From assembly GCA_964617735.1 (NCBI GenBank), contig CAZTXT010000001.1, positions 600,549-664,548 of the forward strand: a stretch of DNA of 64,000 bases. Reading direction: 5' to 3'. Of this stretch, positions 36,157 to 44,345 are shown piece by piece. The notes beneath the pieces were generated by a model. The model was not told the origin of the DNA, did no database searches, and saw nothing but the letters and a program-made list of their open reading frames with translations. Position numbers and translations under genes: made by a program. Each line of letters opens with the position of its first letter. Positions within the stretch are counted from its first letter, which is position 1. This stretch comes from an uncultured Candidatus Saccharibacteria bacterium. Lineage in GTDB: Bacteria; Patescibacteriota; Minisyncoccia; Phycocordibacterales; DSPV01.

Positions 36157-36873
36157 ATGCGCAAAAACCATGAGCTCAAAGCGATCGTGCCTGCGGATCA
36201 GGCATCGTCGCCAGAAGACGTTGCCGCCGACCTGAAGAAACGGCTGGCTCTGATCGACAAAGAATTCAGCGAGGGGCTCGAATTCATTGGGAAATATGCG
36301 AAATCAGTCACGATCTTCGGCTCTTCGATGCTCAACGAAAGCGACCCATATTGCTTCAAAGCCCGGAAACTCGCCGAGATGATATCGAAAAACGGGTATG
36401 CGATCGTCACCGGCGGCGGTCCCGGCATCATGGAAGCGGCGAATCGTGGGGCACAAGATGCGGGAGGGCAATCGGTAGGACTTAACATCCGACTCCCGCA
36501 CGAGCAAAAACAGAACCCCTATCTAAACGATTCGCATGAGTTCTACTATTTCTTTTCAAGAAAGATGGCACTCACGTTTGGGGCCGAAGCATTCGTATTC
36601 TTCCCCGGAGGATTCGGCACGCTCAATGAATTCTTCGAGATCGCAACGCTCATCCAAACCGAGCGGATGCCGCACGTGCCGATGATTCTGGTGGGGAGCA
36701 ATTTCTGGAAGCCCTTGGATCAGTTCATTCGCGAACACCTCTTCAAACGGCATAATATGATCGAGGAAAGCGCGCTCTCGCTCTACACGATACTCGACGA
36801 TGAGCAAAAAGTCCTCGACCTCATCCTCAAAGCACCCATCATGGAAACCGTGCCGTTCCCGCAGGAAGAATAA
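36157..36873 (+). CDS. LOG-family protein (TIGR00730 Rossmann-fold nucleotide-binding / cytokinin riboside 5'-monophosphate phosphoribohydrolase-like)
   Basis: VTIFGSS...AIVTGGGPGIMEAANRGA...PGGFGTLNEFFE motifs; start at internal Met MRKNHELK. Confidence 0.85.
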   Translation: MRKNHELKAIVPADQASSPEDVAADLKKRLALIDKEFSEGLEFIGKYAKSVTIFGSSMLNESDPYCFKARKLAEMISKNGYAIVTGGGPGIMEAANRGAQDAGGQSVGLNIRLPHEQKQNPYLNDSHEFYYFFSRKMALTFGAEAFVFFPGGFGTLNEFFEIATLIQTERMPHVPMILVGSNFWKPLDQFIREHLFKRHNMIEESALSLYTILDDEQKVLDLILKAPIMETVPFPQEE

Positions 36874-36924
36874 AAAAATCGCCCCGCAACCGAAGTTGCG
36901 AGGCGTAAGGAACCATTACATTCC

Positions 36925-37098
36925 CTAGTGATTATAACCCGAAAGAAGCAAGTCCTGTGCTTCTTTAAGAGCCTGTTCGGGAGAAAGTCCGAGCTCACGC
37001 TCAATACCCTCCATCTCTACACGCTTGAGCTCTCGCTCGCCGGCGAGGGCGGCATACTGAAGCAGCAGTTTCCTTTTCTTTTCTCTATCATCTTCCAT
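36925..37098 (-). CDS. Small hypothetical protein (57 aa), start 2 nt after stop of 37101-37532 gene
   Basis: Not in ORF track (<60 aa); found by reverse-complement translation MEDDREKKRKLLLQYAALAGERELKRVEMEGIEREMGLSPEQALKEAQDLLLSGYNH. Confidence 0.3.
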   Translation of the reverse strand: MEDDREKKRKLLLQYAALAGERELKRVEMEGIERELGLSPEQALKEAQDLLLSGYNH

Positions 37099-37100
37099 GT

Positions 37101-37532
37101 TCAGTCCTTTCTCTGCTCCAACTGCTCAAAAGCGAGAAGGAGTGCTAGTTTACCATATGCCGAGCGATTGCCAGCGATTTCGCTAATCCAGGAAACATCC
37201 TGATCAGCCCGTTTAAGCGCGCGCACAAGCACGTTTATCGCATCTACGGTCGCATCGTGCACGCGCTTACGCGACGCATCTACCTCAGCAAATTCTTCGC
37301 GGGGACCGTTCATAGCCTTCATAAACCACACAACCGAGACGGCATAGCGGATACAATACACCACGGCCTCCTCGAAAATGCGCTTTAGGTCTTCGGTACT
37401 GCAGGCCGCTTCAAGAGAGGCGAGCGTAACAACTGGCTTTAGAGCGGAAGATGTTATGACATCGTTCCGCGCACTCTCAAGCGCAGTACTTAATTCATGC
37501 CCTTGAGACATCAGTTCTGCGGATATCGTCAT
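37101..37532 (-). CDS. Hypothetical protein (143 aa)
   Basis: ORF only; helical; tightly coupled to downstream 57-aa ORF. Confidence 0.5.
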   Translation of the reverse strand: MTISAELMSQGHELSTALESARNDVITSSALKPVVTLASLEAACSTEDLKRIFEEAVVYCIRYAVSVVWFMKAMNGPREEFAEVDASRKRVHDATVDAINVLVRALKRADQDVSWISEIAGNRSAYGKLALLLAFEQLEQRKD

Positions 37533-37623
37533 AAGTCCTTTCTATGAGTTTTCAAAACCAAAAGTATAATAGCACAACAGATAATAACGTGTCAATAGAC
37601 TGACCCGAGCGACGTGGGAGCTA

Positions 37624-37656
37624 TAAAAAAGCCGCACACCATAGAGTGTGCGGCTA
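37624..37656 (-). terminator. Rho-independent terminator (GCCGCACAC/GTGTGCGGC, A6 on plus side)
   Basis: Perfect 9-bp stem; U-run follows on minus transcript. Confidence 0.75.
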
Positions 37657-37681
37657 GGCTCAGTAGTGGGTCAAGATGACT

Positions 37682-37879
37682 TCACCACTTCCGCGTCTGA
37701 AATTTTCTCTGAACCTTACGTTCTCCCCAGATGCCAACCCACGTACCGAGGACCAACCCCGTGGTTCCGAAGCTGAAGGCAACCAACGCGACATCCTTTT
37801 TCGATAGTGAGATGGCAATAGCGACGATGTAAAGGGCAACAAAAAGAATTCCCAGCATGGTTAGTCCGAACTTTCTCAT
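37682..37879 (-). CDS. Small 2-TM membrane protein (65 aa from MRKFGLTMLGILFV)
   Basis: Hydrophobic ORF with terminator downstream. Confidence 0.45.
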   Translation of the reverse strand: MRKFGLTMLGILFVALYIVAIAISLSKKDVALVAFSFGTTGLVLGTWVGIWGERKVQRKFQTRKW

Positions 37880-38093
37880 ATATTTCCTCACTGGTGTATG
37901 GTTTCGGCACACCTGCATAAAGCCTTACTGAAAAGAACCTTGACTCTACGGACTCACAACCGACTGGTTATGAACCCGATAAAGTGGAGGAATTAGGTTC
38001 CTCCGCTTCCTGTGCTGCACACAACACTCACGCTTTTAGAAAGGTGACAACAATTGATGCTTCTGATACAAAGGGGCACCATCCTTTGGCAGG

Positions 38094-38447
38094 CTAAACC
38101 TGAATTGCAGCTTTTGCCATAACCAGTTTCTGCATGACTTCCTCTCGTTGGGGAATATCACGGCCAACCCATGCTCCGCTCTCGCGAAGCGCGATGACCA
38201 TCTCTTCCCGACTTCCGGGTTCGCCGACACAAATTGGGATGAACCGGCGGAACGAAAGAGAAGTTGCTAGAAACTTCTTTGCGAAGTGCCAGGACGATTT
38301 AACTTGGAATGCCGGCATGGACCTATCGTTTGGAACAATGTCCTTGCCACCATCCCGCAAACCGCCGCTGACAACTCCACCGATGATTCTGGCGTATGCC
38401 TCCTCCAGGTCACGTCCCACGAACTCTCGGGTCGTATTCATTATCAT
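38094..38447 (-). CDS. Hypothetical protein (117 aa)
   Basis: ORF; start overlaps upstream ORF stop (ATGA). Confidence 0.4.
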   Translation of the reverse strand: MIMNTTREFVGRDLEEAYARIIGGVVSGGLRDGGKDIVPNDRSMPAFQVKSSWHFAKKFLATSLSFRRFIPICVGEPGSREEMVIALRESGAWVGRDIPQREEVMQKLVMAKAAIQV

Positions 38448-38695
38448 TCAGTATGGGACCGACTTTTTCTTATTCTAATGATGTAAGGAACAAGGAATCT
38501 TGGATAGCGAATGAGAAGTCTCATCCGCTCCAAGAACCCAAAGTGTCTGGAGATCAATTGAAGGAAAATCTCTCGACTCATCGCTTCTTGACCAGCTAAC
38601 TTTGCCTCGGCGTATATCTCTAACATTCTGCGCTCGCCTAACCGGTCTCGAATCTTATCCAGTTCGGCGACGAGTATATCTTGATATGTTTTCAA
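38444..38695 (-). CDS. Hypothetical protein (83 aa)
   Basis: ORF; 4-nt overlap with downstream 117-aa ORF (toxin-antitoxin-like arrangement). Confidence 0.4.
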   Translation of the reverse strand: MKTYQDILVAELDKIRDRLGERRMLEIYAEAKLAGQEAMSREIFLQLISRHFGFLERMRLLIRYPRFLVPYIIRIRKSRSHTE

Positions 38696-38855
38696 CTGAT
38701 TTCACCTCCGATCTTTTTAGGTTTCTACTCTTTCAAGATGGTAGCATACAATAGGTGATATGTCAATACACTGCACCGTGTGACCTAGTGATCAAGATAG
38801 GCCTACAAATAAGGAGATTGTAGACCTCGTAGCCTGGTAGCGCTGCTAAAGACTG

Positions 38856-41800
38856 CTATGATCGTTGCCGTTTGACTTCGGAAGCTCGCATGAGGGCAAC
38901 CTTCACGCCCACCGAAGCGGAGTGGTAACTCTGATCAACGGTCGAGAGAACAACCGAGATAAGGTTCTCCAATTGCTCGTTGGAGAGACCGGAAATGGAA
39001 TGCGCGAGGCGTTCGTCGATCGGCTCGTCGATATCCTCAAGACGCGAACGGTACACGACATCGAGATCAAGCACTACCCTTCTCAGAAATGCCTCCGGAT
39101 TCCCTCCCTGCTCGCGCAGGGTCTTTAGGTGGCGTGTCAGATTGTATTTATCTCCGGTCGCGAGCCAGTTGACGAATAACGCGCTGTCGACGCCAGACCG
39201 AGACAGTGGTCCTTGAACGGGAGGCTGGGGATGTGGCGCCGCCGCCTTCGGCTCTGAAACCGGACGTGGTTCGTGATGAGAGAGTTCAGGCGCTCGTTCC
39301 GGCTCTTTAGCATTGAGCGCTGCGAGTACTTTTTCTTTGTTGAGCAAAAGCCATCCGTCTTCTCGGTCGTAGCGCGTCTCGGCATTGCGAATCGTCTTTT
39401 CGGTAAGCGAGAGGACCTGTGTCGCGTCGCTTCCGCTCATCTGCGCTATCAATTTCATCCCTTCTTCCGAGATAACGACGCGATTGCGTTGAGCCTCGGC
39501 AGCGATGATGTCCACAAAACCGACTGAAGATACTTCATTCTTATCTGGATTCGCTTCCTCGAGCGGCACCGGAGCATATGCTTCAGCGCCTGCAGGAGCA
39601 AAGGAGAGTTCTGGATCGGCAATATCTTCACCGGAGATCTCCATGACAGGCTCTTGATAGGGAATCGCTTCGGCAAGGGGCTGCTTCGGGGAAAGTCCGA
39701 CACTCAATGTAGCGCCGCCCTTCCTCCACAATTTCGACTTAAAGAAATAGACAACAGAGAAGCTCCAGATTACGAGGATAAGGACGAAAAGCGCTACTTT
39801 ATACCAGTCGCCAAAACCCGTGTACGGAACTTCCGAAAGATAGACAGCGCCCAACACGCGACCTTCCGGCGCTTTTTTGAGCAACACCACCGTTGGGGTT
39901 CCAGCTCCGCCGGAAACAGTCGGATTTATCGGGCCATTGCCACCGCCACCCGTGATCGAACCGACCGGACCACTGCCGCCACCCACTACAATAGGGGTGA
40001 TAGGACCATTGCCCCCACCCGTGCTACCTCCACCTCCACCGGTAGTACCGCCGCCAGCAGTACTAGCACTGCCGGTATCCCCGCCCGTACCACCACTGCC
40101 GCCGCCACCGGTATTTTCACCCCCGCTTCCGCCACCACCAGTGCTACCTCCTCCTCCCCCTCCTCCATTGCCGTCGCTTCCGCCACCACCGGATGAACTG
40201 ACGGCGACAGAACAGGTTGTCGTGGCAGTTTCAGAACCCGCGGTAATGACGATTTGCGCATGTTTAGTTCCTTCGGATGCATACGTGATAGTCGTTGAAG
40301 TAGAAGCGCCCGAAAGCCCGTCATCGCCGGACCATACGTAGGCAAAGGGACCGACGCCACCGCTTGCGATCGCCGTAAATGTCGTGGGCGCTCCGACTGA
40401 CGCAGGATCGGGCGATACGTGGCAGGAAGCCGCAAGGTGAGAAGGCGTAGTGGTAGCGATGTCATCATTGGTGAGCGTACAGGTTTTCGCATCTCCATCC
40501 GCGAGAGAGACAACTCCACCCGTGGAACAATCGCCGACAATACCTTCAAAAACATATCCTGATACGCTCGGATCGGTTTCCTCTACCGTATACGTTCCTG
40601 TTGGGAGTGTAAAGACGACGCCGGTCTCCGAGCCGAAGAATGGACTGCCCGATACGTCATGACCATCGCGCGAGAGCGAGATGCTGAAATCAGAAGCTGA
40701 TCGACTGCCGCCGCTGTCATTACGAACATGTTTAATGACGGTAAGGCGAGCGGATGCGGGAGGAGTAGAGAGGATGGAGACCTGGCATGAACGCGTGATG
40801 GTCTCGGTACCTGAAGCGATCGCGACGGTCGAGGTCTTTACGCCACTGGAAGCGTAGCTTTTCATGACAAGGGTCGAGGTACCCGAAAGCCCGTCATCGC
40901 CAGACCAGTTGAAATTGAAATCTCCCGCTCCCCCGCTAGCCTGCGCAATCCACGAGATCGTGTCTCCGACAAAACCCAGAACCGGATTCGCATGGCAACT
41001 TCCGGTAAGCGGCGGCGTTGAGATTTCGGTGACGGTCGCCGTACACGAAGTCGAGGCGCTATCGGCACCCGAGGTTACTGTAACGTTCGCCTGCTTTTCT
41101 CCCGCAGTCGAAAAGGAGTGCGCGGTCGAAGTGGCATCTCCCGTCAAACCATCGTCACCACTCCAGTGATATGAAAAACCTCCCAATCCTCCTGAAGCCA
41201 CAGCGGTAAAGGTTATAGGAGAATTGACGGAAGCACTTGAGGGCGAGGCGGAACAGGATACCGAAACGGATGGTGCGCATTCATGTTCGACGCCCGTCAT
41301 GACGGTATTGCTGTCTACGTAGGTATTGAAATTGTCATATTCGAACGATGTTACGGAAGCGTGATTGTCCACTTCGAACCATCCGCAGGCGCTCGGCGCC
41401 TGAATAGTCCCCTTCCATGTGATCGAACCGCTTGCTCCCGGAGCGAGAGTAAATGCATTCCACGTAAGCGTTCGGGAAGAAGGCGTGTAGAGTGGGGTAG
41501 CACCGTAGCCCACCGCGATAGTGCCGGTATGCGTCTCACTTAAAAATGTCAGCTCGGCGGGTACAACATCGGTGATGCGCACGCCACTCCCCGTGCAATC
41601 GGCCGTGCCTACATTCTCCACGGTAAGGGTGTACGTCAGCGTATCTCCGATAGCGGCACTCTGTCGATCCACGATCTTTGAGAGCACCAGTTTGCAGACG
41701 GCAGGCGGAGGAATGCATTTCGCAGTGACCGTCTGCGGATTATGGAGGTCAATTCTCACCCCGTCGATCATCACAAAGCCGCTCGAGACCGCGTACGTGC

Positions 41801-42131
41801 CCGTCTGCGAGGCATTCATCACATCGACATAATGGGCGACCTTCCCGACCGCTTTGATGAAATGAGCAACGCGGGATATGCCGTTGATCTCATACATGAC
41901 TTGCCCATAATCCGAAACACCGGCGGGAACGTGCACGGCGACGAAATGGACTTCGACTTGGCCAGCCGAAATACAGCCAACGTGGCTCAAGTTGAGTTTG
42001 ATTGGTAATGAAGGATTGGATCCGAGAACCCGAGCCTGGGCACTCATGACCGCTACGATGAGAGCTCCCGTAACGCATCCGAGGAGCAAAAACCGCAGGA
42101 ATCTATTGATCTTTTTGTAGCGTTCCTTCAT
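38856..42131 (-). CDS. Large surface protein: signal peptide, DUF11-like and PKD-like/Cna-B-like Ig-fold repeats, Gly-rich linker, internal VPYTG sorting-signal-like motif + TM + basic patch, then about 360-aa cytoplasmic domain
   Basis: TLTVENVGTADCTGSGVRITDVVPAELTFL (DUF11-type), repeated ...ASGG.G.F.Y.WSGDDGL.G... modules, SEVPYTGFG followed by WYKVALFVLILVIWSFSVVYFF and KSKLWRKGG; adjacent sortase. Confidence 0.85.
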   Translation of the reverse strand: MKERYKKINRFLRFLLLGCVTGALIVAVMSAQARVLGSNPSLPIKLNLSHVGCISAGQVEVHFVAVHVPAGVSDYGQVMYEINGISRVAHFIKAVGKVAHYVDVMNASQTGTYAVSSGFVMIDGVRIDLHNPQTVTAKCIPPPAVCKLVLSKIVDRQSAAIGDTLTYTLTVENVGTADCTGSGVRITDVVPAELTFLSETHTGTIAVGYGATPLYTPSSRTLTWNAFTLAPGASGSITWKGTIQAPSACGWFEVDNHASVTSFEYDNFNTYVDSNTVMTGVEHECAPSVSVSCSASPSSASVNSPITFTAVASGGLGGFSYHWSGDDGLTGDATSTAHSFSTAGEKQANVTVTSGADSASTSCTATVTEISTPPLTGSCHANPVLGFVGDTISWIAQASGGAGDFNFNWSGDDGLSGTSTLVMKSYASSGVKTSTVAIASGTETITRSCQVSILSTPPASARLTVIKHVRNDSGGSRSASDFSISLSRDGHDVSGSPFFGSETGVVFTLPTGTYTVEETDPSVSGYVFEGIVGDCSTGGVVSLADGDAKTCTLTNDDIATTTPSHLAASCHVSPDPASVGAPTTFTAIASGGVGPFAYVWSGDDGLSGASTSTTITYASEGTKHAQIVITAGSETATTTCSVAVSSSGGGGSDGNGGGGGGGSTGGGGSGGENTGGGGSGGTGGDTGSASTAGGGTTGGGGGSTGGGNGPITPIVVGGGSGPVGSITGGGGNGPINPTVSGGAGTPTVVLLKKAPEGRVLGAVYLSEVPYTGFGDWYKVALFVLILVIWSFSVVYFFKSKLWRKGGATLSVGLSPKQPLAEAIPYQEPVMEISGEDIADPELSFAPAGAEAYAPVPLEEANPDKNEVSSVGFVDIIAAEAQRNRVVISEEGMKLIAQMSGSDATQVLSLTEKTIRNAETRYDREDGWLLLNKEKVLAALNAKEPERAPELSHHEPRPVSEPKAAAPHPQPPVQGPLSRSGVDSALFVNWLATGDKYNLTRHLKTLREQGGNPEAFLRRVVLDLDVVYRSRLEDIDEPIDERLAHSISGLSNEQLENLISVVLSTVDQSYHSASVGVKVALMRASEVKRQRS
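39880..40200. repeat. GGN-rich low-complexity coding tract (Gly-rich linker)
   Basis: Repetitive GGxGGxGG codons on minus strand. Confidence 0.6.
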
Positions 42132-42186
42132 AAATATTCTCGTTTCCTAACCTTACTCATTTGTGGAGCGATGGCAAGCCCTATTT

Positions 42187-42864
42187 TTAATGCGATACGG
42201 CTTCCAAAAAACGGGCTTGCACGACGAAGCGGTCGCTACGCTGTCCGAACGTATCGCAGGTGGAGAGCGTTATCAATTTCTCACCGCTCCCCAACTCGAC
42301 GAGCGCTTTATCCTTGTCGACCAGCGCCACCGAGAAGACGCGGTAGCGATATTCTTGACTTCCCGAAAGCACTGTTATGACATCGCCGATCTGCAGTTCG
42401 CCGAGGCGGTTAAAGGATTTATAGGATTGATTATGCACGACGGCCCAATTAGTGCTGTGGCCGAACAAAAACATATTGCTTGCATCATCGAGTCCGCCCG
42501 ACCCGGGATAGCGAACGACGCCCGAGAGGAGTGCTTGGTCAAGCACCGCGATATCGCGGCTTTCTGGATTCATCACCGGCGCATCGACCGCGATCTTTTC
42601 AATGATGATGCGGTCAGGAAGAATGGTTTCCTTGACTGACGGTATATTTTCTGCGGGAGTCGTTGAGGAAAGCCCTTGTCCCGGGAGAGTCCCATCCACC
42701 GAAGCTGCCGGCGCACGCCACTGCAGAGAGGCAATGCTGCTTGCATTGAATTCCTTGAGTTCATCGGGAATCAAACCGGTAAACGAAAGAACGCCATAAC
42801 TGGCGAGAAAGACTGAAATCCAGAGTATGAGAAATCGCTTCGCGCTCATAAAATGTCGGCACAA
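42187..42864 (-). CDS. srt: Sortase-family transpeptidase
   Basis: N-terminal TM anchor, catalytic His (LFGHS), TLSTC active-site Cys motif, conserved Arg (VVQARF). Confidence 0.85.
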   Translation of the reverse strand: MCRHFMSAKRFLILWISVFLASYGVLSFTGLIPDELKEFNASSIASLQWRAPAASVDGTLPGQGLSSTTPAENIPSVKETILPDRIIIEKIAVDAPVMNPESRDIAVLDQALLSGVVRYPGSGGLDDASNMFLFGHSTNWAVVHNQSYKSFNRLGELQIGDVITVLSGSQEYRYRVFSVALVDKDKALVELGSGEKLITLSTCDTFGQRSDRFVVQARFLEAVSH

Positions 42865-42941
42865 AATCTACCTAAAATCTTTCATATCGTCAATAGATTT
42901 TTCTTGACTTCGATAAACTCTCGGTATAGTGTGCGCTTGAC

Positions 42942-44000
42942 ATGGAGACTCAAGAAAAGCATTCCTCCACAACACCAATCGCTCCGAAGAAGACCTTCAC
43001 CTGGAGGCAAGCCGCCGGGATCGCGATCATTATCATTCTTTTTCTGGCCGGCGTATGGACCGTGGTACAAATCGGACCATATCTTCCCAACACCGTCGAG
43101 AATATCACCGCCGCGATCGTGAATTTCACCGACACTCTTAAGCCCAGCGAACGTCTCTTGGTATACTCCGATCAAGAACGCATAAAGTCGGGAGATAAAA
43201 TTATGCTCACGTGGTCGCACCGCGGAGGAAAAACCGAAGGCTCATACGCGCTCTCCTTCCCCTGTCTGGACGGCATCTCGGTCAAAATGAAATTGGCTTC
43301 AGGCACGGAGGAAACCCTCCTGTGCGATATACCCTACACACTTTCGGAAACGGCAGAACTCGTAACACTCGCTCCCTTTTCGAAAGCGTCATCAACCGTA
43401 GCCGTTCCCTTTTCGATCTCCTTCACGCCCTTGCAGGGCGAAAAGCCCTCCGTATCGGGTTCTGCAACCGTCTCGATCGAAAACGGCGGGGAGGATACGG
43501 GAGAGGCTGCGCCGCCCGATAACAGCGGCGAGAGGGTCTCGACTCCAAACACTCAACCGACCGCCGGAGTATCCACCGAGCACGTCTATTATGTAGGAAC
43601 AACAACCGAAGTGCGCGCGTACGGAAAAACTGATCTCGCACCCAAGATCCTCGATGTCGGCGTGCTTGATACCATAACGAATCAGTTCACCGCTACTACC
43701 ACGCTCCACGCGACCGACAGGATCGCGGTGAGATTTCAAGTAGAAAATGTCGGCACCGCCAACTCCGGAACCTGGAATTTCAACGCGATGCTTCCCACGG
43801 CTCCTGCGCATACCTTCGTTTCCGAAAATCAGCAGACGCTCTCTCCCGGAGAGCACATCGAGTATACGCTGGGCTTCGATTCATTCGATCAGAATGGTGA
43901 CGGGCGTTTTGCACTCACTGTAGACCCGGCAAATGCTGTGAACGAGGTCAGTGAGACGAACAATGTCGTAACCACGACCATCCATATCTCTCCCAACTAG
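42942..44000 (+). CDS. Membrane-anchored protein with C-terminal CARDB-like domain
   Basis: N-terminal TM; VENVGTANSGTWNFNAML...DPANAVNEVSETNNV resembles CARDB adhesion domain. Confidence 0.7.
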   Translation: METQEKHSSTTPIAPKKTFTWRQAAGIAIIIILFLAGVWTVVQIGPYLPNTVENITAAIVNFTDTLKPSERLLVYSDQERIKSGDKIMLTWSHRGGKTEGSYALSFPCLDGISVKMKLASGTEETLLCDIPYTLSETAELVTLAPFSKASSTVAVPFSISFTPLQGEKPSVSGSATVSIENGGEDTGEAAPPDNSGERVSTPNTQPTAGVSTEHVYYVGTTTEVRAYGKTDLAPKILDVGVLDTITNQFTATTTLHATDRIAVRFQVENVGTANSGTWNFNAMLPTAPAHTFVSENQQTLSPGEHIEYTLGFDSFDQNGDGRFALTVDPANAVNEVSETNNVVTTTIHISPN

Positions 44001-44345
44001 CCGGTACGCGAACGAAAACACGACTGGGCCCGATTTTTGTTTGCCGTCTTTATGCGGCATGGTAGCATAACGTAAGGAGTACGTATGTTTGCAACTCTTA
44101 TCATACAAATGCCGTTGCAAAACAACGGCAAACCCGTCGTAAATCCGAAAACTCTGCTCAGCCATCTGACTCCTGTCCTCAATCACGCCATCGCCGAGGC
44201 GATTCCTGAAGGGAATCTTATGGTACCCATCAGCAAAAACTGCGCCGCGGGAATACATTGGAGCTACCACATCCGCGCCGAAGCAGATATTCATCGCGCG
44301 TAATGCAAAGTCAAAAAAACGGCCCCACTAAATGTAGGGTCGTTT

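Noticed and set aside
39880-40340. Highly repetitive GGT/GGC/GGA DNA that could be mistaken for a repeat array
   Set aside because: It is an in-frame Gly-rich linker of the surface protein (minus strand). There are no spacer-repeat periodicity and no cas genes.
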